The notes beneath the pieces were generated by a model. That model was not told the DNA's origin and did not search any database. It worked only from the letters and a program-made list of their open reading frames with translations. The position numbers were made by a program, and so were the translations under genes. 64,000 nt of DNA from Candidatus Bathyarchaeota archaeon. Lineage in GTDB: Archaea > Thermoproteota > Bathyarchaeia > 40CM-2-53-6. The stretch covers positions 256,001 to 320,000 of the forward strand of contig CAWHWX010000001.1 of NCBI GenBank assembly GCA_963833125.1, written 5' to 3'. Positions 51,289 through 60,720 of this stretch are shown here, in pieces (position 1 is the stretch's first letter; each line of letters opens with the position of its first letter).

Positions 51289-51713
51289 GGCGCCAGCGTC
51301 AGGCTTTGGGTTGAGACAAGTTTCTTGCCGTCCCAACGGAACCCTAACTCCTGTAGCTCTTGGAAGAACCAGTTGAGGTTTTCCTTGGGTTCATGGAACT
51401 TGTTGAGTACTTGTCCTATGACGTAGCCTAGGAATGAGGCGAAGATTTCCTTGTTCCCTTTGTAGAGTCGATCAAGGAATATGGATAGTCGGTCGATTTC
51501 GTAGTCGCCGGTAACAACTTCACTGTACACCTTGTTCCAAGAGTCTTCCAGGTTGAATTGGCGTACTGTTTCGCGCATGTAGGGGAAAAGGTCGGTGAAG
51601 TATTCCCTCATCATTCCTTGCGATCGAAATACCGCCTGAACCAGACGCCTAATTCTCATGTCAACTTCCGGAATGCCGCTCACGGTTATCGAACCTGTCC
51701 GCTTAGAGGCCAA
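51285..51713 (-). CDS. Hypothetical protein
   Basis: 142-aa ORF with protein-like composition, co-oriented with the upstream genes. Confidence 0.65.
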   Translation of the reverse strand: MASKRTGSITVSGIPEVDMRIRRLVQAVFRSQGMMREYFTDLFPYMRETVRQFNLEDSWNKVYSEVVTGDYEIDRLSIFLDRLYKGNKEIFASFLGYVIGQVLNKFHEPKENLNWFFQELQELGFRWDGKKLVSTQSLTLAP

Positions 51714-51733
51714 GCTTGTTATTATGTGGTAGG

Positions 51734-53031
51734 CTAAGAGTAGATTTCCTTCAGCATATCCTTCATTACTTTATCCACACCGCGAGGCTCGACCTGACCA
51801 TCCTCGGTAATGTAACTCGAAACAGACTCTGCTGGAGTCAAGTCAAAGAGATCCTGTGGGATTGCGGGGCGTTCTCCAAGTAAATCCTGTGCGCTGAATT
51901 TTGTCGTTTCGCATGAGCTGTATAATGGTATCCCGAGTTTTTTGGCCGCGATTGCGATGTTTTTCGTTCCCGTTTTGTGAATTAGAGATCCGTCTTTGAG
52001 CACGCTGTCCGTCCCAACCAAAACAAGGTTCGCTCGTGGGATGATTGAGTCTACGATCGAGTCGGCTATGAGCCTCACAGGAACGCCTAGGGCTATCAAG
52101 TCCTTTGCGAGCTGTTTGCCTTCCATTCCTGGATAGGATTCGGTGGCGAAAACTTGGAAAGTCTTTCCGCTCTTGAAGCCTAACTCTAGCGATCTTAGGA
52201 CGGTGGTGCTGTAGCTGTGGGTGAGCACGACGCCATCCTGAGGGAGAATATGTGCTGTATTTCGGGACGCATCCTCGGAAGCCGCGGCAGCTTCTTTCAG
52301 AATCTGCTGACTGAACTCTCTGACGCGAGTCTTTAGTTCATTTACCGAGGAAACTGTCCCACTCTCTCGATCGACGACCTGCAGTAGTTTTCCGGTGAGG
52401 TTCCACACATTGGCCATTGCTGGCTGGGCTCTTCGTAGTTTTGAGAAGACTAGTAGGAGATGATAGAGTAAAGCGTCCGTATCTTTGGCATCTGAGGCCT
52501 GGGCGGTCGCTGACAACAACTCTAGGGCTCGGCGGCCGAGGAAGTTTGCTCCATGAACTCTGTCACTCGACACTTCCTCTATCCCACGTAGGATTCCTGC
52601 GAGTGATTCGGGAGTTGCTTGGAAATCGTAGCGTACGCGATCGTAGGCCGCTTTCAGTTTAGGTACAGTCTCGTAGGACGCTAGGCTGCTTCGGTTCGAT
52701 CCACCGGTATTCGCTGTTCTCCCAATCAAGTCGGACCGTGCTAGATTTTGTTTCAAATAGGAAAGGGTGGATCACCCATACAGTGTCGATTCCCTCTTCA
52801 AAGTCGCGAAGGATCTCCCCCTCACTTAGCAGGTTGATCTGGTTGGCGGAGAAGCCCCACCTCCTCCCGTATCTCAGTCATGGCACGTGTAAGCGGTTGC
52901 TCGTCTCCCTCAAGATATCCGCTAACTGCTGACCATTGACCTCTATAGGTTCCAACCTTCTGGCTGCGGCGTAGAAGGAGAATTCTTTGATCCTTTGTGA
53001 GAAAGGAGGTGACGACTTGCTTGTAATTCAA
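51734..53031 (-). CDS. NUDIX hydrolase fused to an eIF-2B alpha/beta/delta-like domain (two frameshifts)
   Basis: SGYLE...A.TEIREEVGL Nudix box; LDWEN.EYRWI and YETVPKL continue into RVHGA, LTHSYS, TESYPGMEG, VGTD. Confidence 0.8.
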
Positions 53032-53062
53032 CGAGTTACACTGAGGGTTTCGAGGGGTTGGA

Positions 53063-54428
53063 TTATTTCTTGAGTGGGTCCACTTGTGGCTTGGAGGTTT
53101 TCAGTCTGTCCCAGAGTTTCGCAGCAGCAGCCTGCGCTAAAGATTGTGCCTTATCCTCGTCGAAGGTAACGAGTTTCTTGTTTTTGACGATTGGTTTTCC
53201 TTCGACGAGGACTGTTTCCACGTCGTCCCCATCTACCGTGTTGATCAGATGTCCGACGACGCTGCTCGCGTTGAGCGGTGTGGGGAGGATGGTTGGTTTG
53301 ATTAGGATGATGTCAGCCTTCTTCCCAGGCTCGATTGAGCCAACCTCCTTTCCCATCCCATAGAGTCCGGCCCCATTTACTGTCGCCATTTCGAGAATTG
53401 TGTATGGGTCGATGGCGTTAGGATTCTTGTGGTAGACTCTGTGTAGTAGGAAGGCTGCTCGCATGTTCTCGAACATGTCGAAGATGTAACCGTCGTTTCC
53501 TAACCCCACTCTCACGTTGTGCTTCAGCATTTGAAGAAGGGGCGCAACGCCAACGGCGTTTAGCATGTTACTCATGGGGTTATGTGCAACCCCGGTGTCC
53601 GTTTCCGCGAGAATGCCGATCTCCTTCTCATCGAGATTGACACAATGCGCAAGAACAACATCAGGGCCTAGCAATCCCACGTCGCGCAGACGTTCTACCG
53701 TTCGTTTGCCATAATTCTCCAGATTGTGATGCACATCCCCTAACCCTTCTGACGCGTGAATCGTGATAGGGGCGTGATATTTTTGGGCAAGCTGCTTGAC
53801 GCGACGTATGAGCCCGTCGGAGACTGTGAATGAAGCATGGATGCTGAAGAGCGGCCTTGCCTTACTCTCAGGTTTCACCTTCTCCGCGAACCGAACGTTC
53901 TCCTGAACCCCATTAGCCCCTTCCTCTGCTGAGTGGCGCTCGGTTGCTTCGAAAGAAATGAACCCCCTAATTCCGATCTCCCCAACCGCCCTCGCGATAT
54001 GGTCGAGAACGCCGGAGATCGAGTTAGGGCCGGAGTATGTGTCGGCGAAAGTAGTTACGCCAGATTTCGCGAACTCCAGACAGGCGACGAGAGCGCTCGC
54101 GTATGCGTCTTCAAAATTCATCGCCTCATCAACGGGCCACCAGACTCGCTGGAGGATTTGAGTGAACTCGGAAGGTGGGTCTATGTTGAGAGATGCGCCC
54201 CGTAACAACATGCCGTAAAGATGGGAGTGACTGCAGACTATCCCGGGCATTACGATTCGGCCTGTGGGCGTCGATAATCTCGGCCCGCCCGTGTTTCTTC
54301 TCTAGGTTCGCAGTCTTATCGACTTCAACAACTCGACCCGCTTCAACGGCTACGGCGTGATCTTCTAGAATTCTCCGGTGCTTGTCCATCGTGACTAGAA
54401 CGCCATTCTTTATGAGTAGATCAACCAA
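53063..54428 (-). CDS. Metal-dependent amidohydrolase, SsnA/deaminase-like (frameshift near 54270)
   Basis: MPGIVCSHSHLY, F..IL..WW..D, IHASE, LAHCV, HNPMSNMLNAVG, GNDG. Confidence 0.85.
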
Positions 54429-54481
54429 GATTGAAACCAGTTCATGGTGGGAACCATCTGATAAAATAGGTTGCGTTATCG

Positions 54482-55081
54482 TTGGAGCTTCTTATTGTTG
54501 GGTTAGGTGATTCCACCACTGCTGGGACGCCGGGCTTCCTCTCGCCACTTGAAGTCCCACCGGAGGGCCGCGGCAACCGTGAGAGTCAGTATGAGTATTG
54601 GATGATGAAGAACCACCCTGAGTGGGCAGTTCTGAATAAGGGCGTCAACGGCCAGAGGTCAGATGAGATCCTAGCGAGGTTGGACCGTGACGCAATCAAA
54701 GTGAAGGCAGACTATGTAATTATTCTCGCAGGCGTGAACGACATCTACCAGGGCGCGCCAATAGAATTTACCAAGAATAGCCTCCTACTCATGTACCAAA
54801 ATTCGATCTCGGCTGGAATTCGACCCGTATCGGCATCAGTGCTGCCATACAACACAGCTTCTCCCTCAGAAGTTACGGCATTGAGAGATCTGAACAGCTG
54901 GATAGAGTATACATCCAACCGACTTGAAATTCCTTTCTGTAACACAAACCTTGCAGTTGCCGATCCAAAAAACCGGAACCGTTTGAGCGGTTCGCCTGAC
55001 GGATATCATCTAGACGTTTCAGGGTATCGAAGTATGGGCGAGTCACTCGCGCGAGTAATAGAAGCGGATATTGAACGCTAA
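54482..55081 (+). CDS. SGNH/GDSL hydrolase
   Basis: GDSTTAG, GVNG, GVND, DGYH. Confidence 0.9.
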   Translation: MELLIVGLGDSTTAGTPGFLSPLEVPPEGRGNRESQYEYWMMKNHPEWAVLNKGVNGQRSDEILARLDRDAIKVKADYVIILAGVNDIYQGAPIEFTKNSLLLMYQNSISAGIRPVSASVLPYNTASPSEVTALRDLNSWIEYTSNRLEIPFCNTNLAVADPKNRNRLSGSPDGYHLDVSGYRSMGESLARVIEADIER

Positions 55082-55120
55082 CAATTCCTTGATATAATTG
55101 GGAACGAAGATTCGTCGAAG

Positions 55121-56479
55121 TTGGGCGCTTTGCCGACTATTCTCGTTGAAAACGCAAGAATTCTGCGTGAAGGCAAACTTACGCGCGCAAACATTTTGGT
55201 CGGAGATGGAAAGATCAAGTCAGTCACCGGATCAAAGAAACCTAATTCAGATGAGAAAATCGATGCGAAGGGGCGATTTGTGATGCCTGGTTTGGTGGAC
55301 GGGCATGCCCACCTTTATGATCCCGCTTTCACGAATCGTGAAGACTTCACAAGTGGAACGTCTGCAGCGGCCGCAGGGGGCGTCACCACCGTGATTGAGA
55401 TGGTTCTCACAACTCCAGTCGACTCACCTGAACGGGTCCGGGTTAAGATTGAGGAGGGACTGCGGAGTTCGTTGATTGATTTCTCTTTCCACGCTGGGAT
55501 GATGAATTTGAACAACCTGCCGAATATTTCTGCGATTGCAGAACTGGGCGTGCGTTCGTTCAAAACTTTCACCTGCAAACCCTACTACGCCGACGACCAC
55601 ACCCTTATGTCACTCATGCGGGAAACAGCAATGAATCATTCAATCCTGAACGTTCACGCTGAAGATGAACAGATCGCGAACGAGAACTTACAGAAACTTC
55701 TGGCATTGGGTAGGAAGGATCCGATGGCGCATGCGGAATGGAAACCCAATATTGCTGAAGCGCAGGCGGTGAAGAAGGTTATTGAATTTGCGCGGGGAAT
55801 AGGTGCTCGCCTTCATATCTCCCACATGTCGACCCATGAAGGGGTTGCTGCAGTCAAGAAAGCGAAGAAGAGTTGGGTAAGGGTGACGACGGAGACCTGT
55901 CCTCACTATCTTACGTTTACCCGCAAAGACATGAAGAAACAGGGGCCGTACCTGAAGATGAACCCGTCACTTAAGGGTCCAAGGGATGTGGAGGCTCTTT
56001 GGAGAGGTCTTCGCGATGGAACCGTTGACATTGTAACCTCCGAACATGCGCCTGGCTTGAGAGCGGAGAAGGAGATGGGGTGGAAGGATATTTGGAAGGC
56101 GTGGGGCGGCGTCCCAGCCATTGAAACAATGCTTCCCGTCCTGTTAAGCGAAGGAGTAAACAAACACCGCCTAACCCTTCCAACACTCCAAAGAGTTTGC
56201 TGTGAGAACCCCGCCAAAATCTTCGGCAACTACCCAAGAAAAGGCAACATAGAGGAAGGAGCGGATGCAGATCTCGTAATAATCGACTTGAAGATGAAAA
56301 GAAAAGTCAGGGGAGAAGACCTTCACCAAAAAGCCGACTGGACTCCCTATGAGGGGTGGATTTTGAAAGGTTGGCCGATCCTTACCATGCGCCGAGGACA
56401 AATAATCTACCAGGACCAAGAAATAGTAGGTGCGCCCGGTAGTGCCGAGTTCTTACCCATGTCCCTGGAATCGGGTTGA
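55121..56479 (+). CDS. Cyclic amidohydrolase (allantoinase/hydantoinase family)
   Basis: DGHAH, AAAGGVTT, VHAED, ISHMS, ETCPHYL, KMNP, SEHAP. Confidence 0.88.
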   Translation: MGALPTILVENARILREGKLTRANILVGDGKIKSVTGSKKPNSDEKIDAKGRFVMPGLVDGHAHLYDPAFTNREDFTSGTSAAAAGGVTTVIEMVLTTPVDSPERVRVKIEEGLRSSLIDFSFHAGMMNLNNLPNISAIAELGVRSFKTFTCKPYYADDHTLMSLMRETAMNHSILNVHAEDEQIANENLQKLLALGRKDPMAHAEWKPNIAEAQAVKKVIEFARGIGARLHISHMSTHEGVAAVKKAKKSWVRVTTETCPHYLTFTRKDMKKQGPYLKMNPSLKGPRDVEALWRGLRDGTVDIVTSEHAPGLRAEKEMGWKDIWKAWGGVPAIETMLPVLLSEGVNKHRLTLPTLQRVCCENPAKIFGNYPRKGNIEEGADADLVIIDLKMKRKVRGEDLHQKADWTPYEGWILKGWPILTMRRGQIIYQDQEIVGAPGSAEFLPMSLESG

Positions 56480-57066
56480 CGTACGCAATGTTATCGATAA
56501 TAGTATTAGCCGCTGGAAAATCTGTTCGAATGCGCGGCAAAAACAAACTCCTCACTCAGATCCAAGGAACGCCGATGATTCGTAGAGTTGTGCAAGCGGC
56601 TCTGAAATCAAAGGTGGACGAGGTAATCGTTGTACTCGGTTCGGAGGCGGATAAAGTTCGGAAAGTGCTCACCGACCTCCCTTGCCGGCTGGTTGTCAAC
56701 AAGATTTACGAGAAGGGACAGAGCAGCTCCGTTAAGGCCGGGCTCGGCGAAGTTAGTTCCCTGACGCGTGCAGTTCTAGTTCTACCTGGGGACGTGGCGC
56801 TGATTGACTCCCGATCGATCAACCTGGTCATAGAGAAATACAATCTTGGAAAAAATCCAATCGTGATCGCAGCTCATAAGGGCGCATCCGGGCATCCAAT
56901 TCTCTTCGATAAACAACTCTTCCCTGAGATACAGCGCATTGATGAAGAAACTTTCGGGTTGAAAGCCGTCGTTAAGCGGCATGAAGGGGAAGTAAATCTA
57001 GTTGAAACCGGCTCGCCTAATGTTCTGAAGGATGTGGATACGCCTGAAGACCTCAAGGAACTATGA
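56476..57066 (+). CDS. mocA: Molybdenum cofactor cytidylyltransferase (MocA-like)
   Basis: LAAGKSVRM..NKLL, GQSSS, PGD, GHPILF, DVDTPED; XDH-family enzymes in the same window use the MCD cofactor. Confidence 0.75.
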   Translation: MTYAMLSIIVLAAGKSVRMRGKNKLLTQIQGTPMIRRVVQAALKSKVDEVIVVLGSEADKVRKVLTDLPCRLVVNKIYEKGQSSSVKAGLGEVSSLTRAVLVLPGDVALIDSRSINLVIEKYNLGKNPIVIAAHKGASGHPILFDKQLFPEIQRIDEETFGLKAVVKRHEGEVNLVETGSPNVLKDVDTPEDLKEL

Positions 57067-57092
57067 GAAGGGCGAGGGTTTGAGTTTTCGTA

Positions 57093-58024
57093 CTATGAGT
57101 ATGTGTATGCTGGATAGACCCTGAGTGGCACCCCAGGTCTAATGGCTGCCTGTGCGTCAGCATTTAGTATGTAGCGGCCCGATGGGTCAGCGCTTCCCGC
57201 CTCCGCGAACAATTTAATGGCGAATTCCTTCACGGGTTTTCCCTTGTAGAGAAACGGGTAAGCCTTCGGTTTCTTGGGCAGATATTTTTTCCAGATTTGT
57301 TCGACTGGCATAATTCTCTTGAAGGCTCGATCATTGAATTCATAGAACCCAGAAAGTTCTGAATTCCTTGGAAGCCTAGAATGTCGCTCCGAAAGCTCCT
57401 CATAAGCGCCAAGAAGATATTCGTGGATTGTGTTGAAGCGGCGTTCCTTCACGTAGCCCTTGAAGAATTCGACGAACTCCCAGATCAGCTGATTCACTTG
57501 AGCCGCAACTTGTTTCATATTGGGCAGCAGAACATCTCGCGGTAGAACCTCCCGAACCAATCCAAGTTTCCCGTTACCTGAAATCGCGAGCCCGACATCG
57601 CGATATGCTTCCTTGAACCTCGCTCAACCCTGCGACTCCGAGTTGATTCTCATAGATTTCTAGCTCTAGCGCATGATCTTGCCTGAAGATTACTCCAATT
57701 TTCGTCCCAAACAATTTCGTAGCTCTTGCGCCGCATGTCCTCGACGATCAAGTTGGAGGTCTTCACAAGGCCTGCCCGTTTCAACGCGGCCAGCTGAATG
57801 CTCACGGCGTATTTGGATTTCCGAGTCTCGCGAGCCAGCTCACTCGGGGACTTGGCACCCTTGACCATCAAGAGGAGAATTTCAGCCAACGCCGCAGAGT
57901 TCAGGACCCTGCGTACGGCGGTTATTTGACGACTGAGATTCTCACCCGAATCTATCTTCACCTCAACCGCAACCCGTCTCCCCCACAATTGACGGGCCAG
58001 AACTGTTGGTTTTGTTCTAGGCAT
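57093..58024 (-). CDS. ArsR-type HTH protein with uncharacterised C-terminal domain (two frameshifts)
   Basis: SPSELARE..KSKYAVSIQL..LKRAGLV; an intermediate frame links ORFs 57650-58024 and 57093-57560. Confidence 0.7.
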
Positions 58025-58076
58025 GGTTGATTTTAACTAGCCAATGGTATAAGTAGTTAATTCCACATTTAACCAT
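58023..58076. promoter_or_regulatory. Nested inverted repeats in the divergent ArsR/SRPBCC promoter
   Basis: TTAACTA(58033-39)-N14-TAGTTAA(58054-60) around a TATAAG box; outer ATGGTT...AACCAT. Confidence 0.55.
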
Positions 58077-58087
58077 CGGTAAGACAG

Positions 58088-58648
58088 ATGCCTCAAACTG
58101 ACGCTGATTCAATGAAAGGTACAATTTTGAAGGTTCTACAAATAGACGCCCCACCCGAACGGGTCTTCAAGGCCTTCACGAACAAGGAGGATGTCCAAGA
58201 GTGGATGGCTGACCATTACGAAATTGACGCTCGAAAGGGTGGAAAATGGAGGATGGGCGGTGAAGCGGACGGATACGTTGCGACAGGCGAGGTCGTAGAT
58301 GTTATCCCCAACGAGCTTCTCGTCTACACTTGGCAAATGAATGATTACGACACTGAAACCGGCAAGAAAGTTCCGAGTTGGATGGACACGAGCCCGACGA
58401 AGGTCACTGTTAAGTTCGAAAAGGCCGGGAGAGGCACCAAGGTCACGGTAACGCACCAAGGTTTCCCGGAACGCGACGAAGCATACTGGGGCACTGAGGT
58501 CGGCTGGGAAATGCTGGGCGGGGAGGTTCTAAAATACTATCTCGAACACACTAAGAGTGAGTTCGACAAATGGTGGAAAGAAAACGAGAGTTCATGGCAG
58601 GAACGCTGGCAGAAGACAGTGGAAACACGTGCCAAGGCAAATCAATAG
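58088..58648 (+). CDS. SRPBCC/AHSA1-like ligand-binding protein
   Basis: IDAPPERVFKAFT....W, GG, LVYTW, T.V.VTH.GF, GW. Confidence 0.9.
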   Translation: MPQTDADSMKGTILKVLQIDAPPERVFKAFTNKEDVQEWMADHYEIDARKGGKWRMGGEADGYVATGEVVDVIPNELLVYTWQMNDYDTETGKKVPSWMDTSPTKVTVKFEKAGRGTKVTVTHQGFPERDEAYWGTEVGWEMLGGEVLKYYLEHTKSEFDKWWKENESSWQERWQKTVETRAKANQ

Positions 58649-58664
58649 GAGGTGAGAAGAGAAA

Positions 58665-59084
58665 ATGGTGAAAGTAACCGACGACGGACTCTTTCCAGTA
58701 CCGCGCGACAAGGTCTGGCGTCTCATCGAAGCCCATGGGACAGACTTACGAGGCATTCATCCTAACGTCAAGGCAGTTAAGCCCCTGAACAAAGAAATGA
58801 CCAAAATCGAACAAACACGCGACATGAACGGACGAGAAGTTAAGATGGTCCTCCAAATCACGCCGAGTCCACCCGACAAGCTAACCCTCGAATTCCTAGA
58901 AGGGCCAATGACTGGCAAGATAGTCAACACCTACACCGAAGTACCTGGTGGAACAAAGGTAGTGAGCGAGTGCGATTTCAAATCGTCTATGATGGACGAC
59001 AAGCAACTGGAAGGCGCTGTTAGACAAACCCTCAATGACGGCTTCAACGAAGACCTTCGATATCTAAGCACGAAGATGAAGTAG
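58665..59084 (+). CDS. SRPBCC/polyketide-cyclase-like protein
   Basis: PRDKVW, EFLEGPMTG, GGTKV; GGAGGTGA SD upstream. Confidence 0.8.
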   Translation: MVKVTDDGLFPVPRDKVWRLIEAHGTDLRGIHPNVKAVKPLNKEMTKIEQTRDMNGREVKMVLQITPSPPDKLTLEFLEGPMTGKIVNTYTEVPGGTKVVSECDFKSSMMDDKQLEGAVRQTLNDGFNEDLRYLSTKMK

Positions 59085-59246
59085 CTGGGAGAGCAGTTTT
59101 TTCGGATGTTCTCCTAGCATCCCCATTATATTCCGACCTTTCGAGCTAAATGTTGAAAATCTCCGTCTTTTGTGTGAACCACTCAATTCCACTCACACCA
59201 AAACCACAACTGCAAATAAGTCATGTCAAAATGAGATTGTATTCCC

Positions 59247-59954
59247 ATGCCACAGATTCAGTTAATCGGAGACTTGACCAAGACACCCATCCCATCAGGA
59301 TCAAACATCCTGGTTGAGTTCGATCCATCATCACAGTGGTACAACGCTTCCCTCACCATCGCTGCAGGCTGGCTCAAACAAGGCGGCACTCTGATCTACA
59401 ACACGGGCGGTCAAATACCAAATGATATTCGGGCTACCCTCGGACAGCTTTCAGTAGATATTGGGGGATTGGAAAACTCAGGCAAGCTGAAGATTTATGA
59501 TTGGTATACAACCACGTTGGGTCAGAAATCGAGGGAAAAATTCGCGATTGATTCCCTAAGGATCCACGACCTTAGCATATATTTCTCGAAAGAAGCTATG
59601 CACGAATCACCCAATCCAGACCTGTTGAGAATTGGCGACAACGTTTCGACCCTAGCGAGGTTCAATGACGATAAGGCTTGGACGGAATTTCTACTAACTA
59701 GGAGTTTCCCATCTTCTGTGGTAAGAAAGTCAACCCAGATCCTTGGCATAGTAAATGGCGTTCACCCTGAGTCAGTCTACAAAACCCTCGAAGCCGGAGC
59801 GGATGGCATCATAGATTTCAAGCTTGACGAGTCAGGTAAGGAACTCCGGAACATCATGCGGGTTAGGAACATGCGTAAAGTCGTATGGGACGCACGATGG
59901 CATCAATTAACAATGCGCGAGAATCTGGAAGTCAGTTTAGAGGAATCAGGCTAA
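59247..59954 (+). CDS. RAD55/KaiC-like protein with degenerate Walker A
   Basis: IPSGSNILVE, IYDWY, GVH....LE..ADGIIDFK...RVRNMR. Confidence 0.75.
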   Translation: MPQIQLIGDLTKTPIPSGSNILVEFDPSSQWYNASLTIAAGWLKQGGTLIYNTGGQIPNDIRATLGQLSVDIGGLENSGKLKIYDWYTTTLGQKSREKFAIDSLRIHDLSIYFSKEAMHESPNPDLLRIGDNVSTLARFNDDKAWTEFLLTRSFPSSVVRKSTQILGIVNGVHPESVYKTLEAGADGIIDFKLDESGKELRNIMRVRNMRKVVWDARWHQLTMRENLEVSLEESG

Positions 59955-59985
59955 CCTGTGGTTTAAACCCCTGTCTAATGTGCCA

Positions 59986-60570
59986 TCATTTCAGCGCTTG
60001 CAAAATGTCTGACGTCTTCCTGACTCTTCCAATTCTTTTCAGGACGAACTCTATGGAACTCCTATGTGCTTCGGCGGAACGGTCTGACATGGCGTCTTCA
60101 GCGAAGATTTGCTGGTAGCCATACTCCTACGCGAACCTTGCGGTACTTTCTACTCCGTAAGTCGTTGCGATGCCTGCAAGCACAATTGTGTCGATCTCTC
60201 CGCGTCTGAGCCTAAGATCAAGGTCAGTTCCGTAGAATGCCCCCCACTGCCTCTTCGTTATCACTACATCAGATGGCGCAGGCCCCAATTCTGGTACTAT
60301 GTCCGCCCAATCTGCCGGCATCTCTCCTCTCGAAGGCATTGCAAGGTCAGCGATCGGTTGGAGAGCGGTTCCTTTTGAAAAGGCGACATGCACAAGGAAG
60401 ACAGGCATTTTGTTCTCTCGGGAAGCGCTAGCCAATTTCGCGGAGTTTGATATCACAGTCTTCGTGTCATACGGTTCAGTCGACATAGACGTGATTCCCT
60501 TTTGGAGATCGATCACTACGAGGGCTGTGTTCGCTTTGTTTAGAATCAGATCGCTCAATTCGCATCGCAT
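59986..60570 (-). CDS. Isochorismatase family hydrolase with an in-frame TAG at 60127-60129
   Basis: ALVVIDLQKG, KRQWGAFYGTDLD, GIATTYGVESTARFA*EYGYQQIFAEDAM continues in frame to TGA at 59986. Confidence 0.85.
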
Positions 60571-60720
60571 TGCAGAGCATTACAACTCATCTTCAATATT
60601 CATGTTGCCTCCTGAAAGTACCAGGTTAGCATAAGGTTCTCAGCTGCCTATGCATGAGTGCATTTTCCCATCATTTTCGTGGCCAAGGTTTAATGAGGCG
60701 TGTTTGCTTGCTTGCAGATC

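Noticed and set aside
10850-57720. Many frameshifts (pyrC, ADH, aminotransferase, C-N hydrolase, cupin, ECF S, HAD, flavin reductase, MFS, NUDIX fusion, amidohydrolase, ArsR) as programmed frameshifting or mass pseudogenisation
   Set aside because: They are 1-2 bp indels, often in short homopolymers, in unrelated genes with intact catalytic motifs and no shared slippery motif; best explained by long-read consensus error
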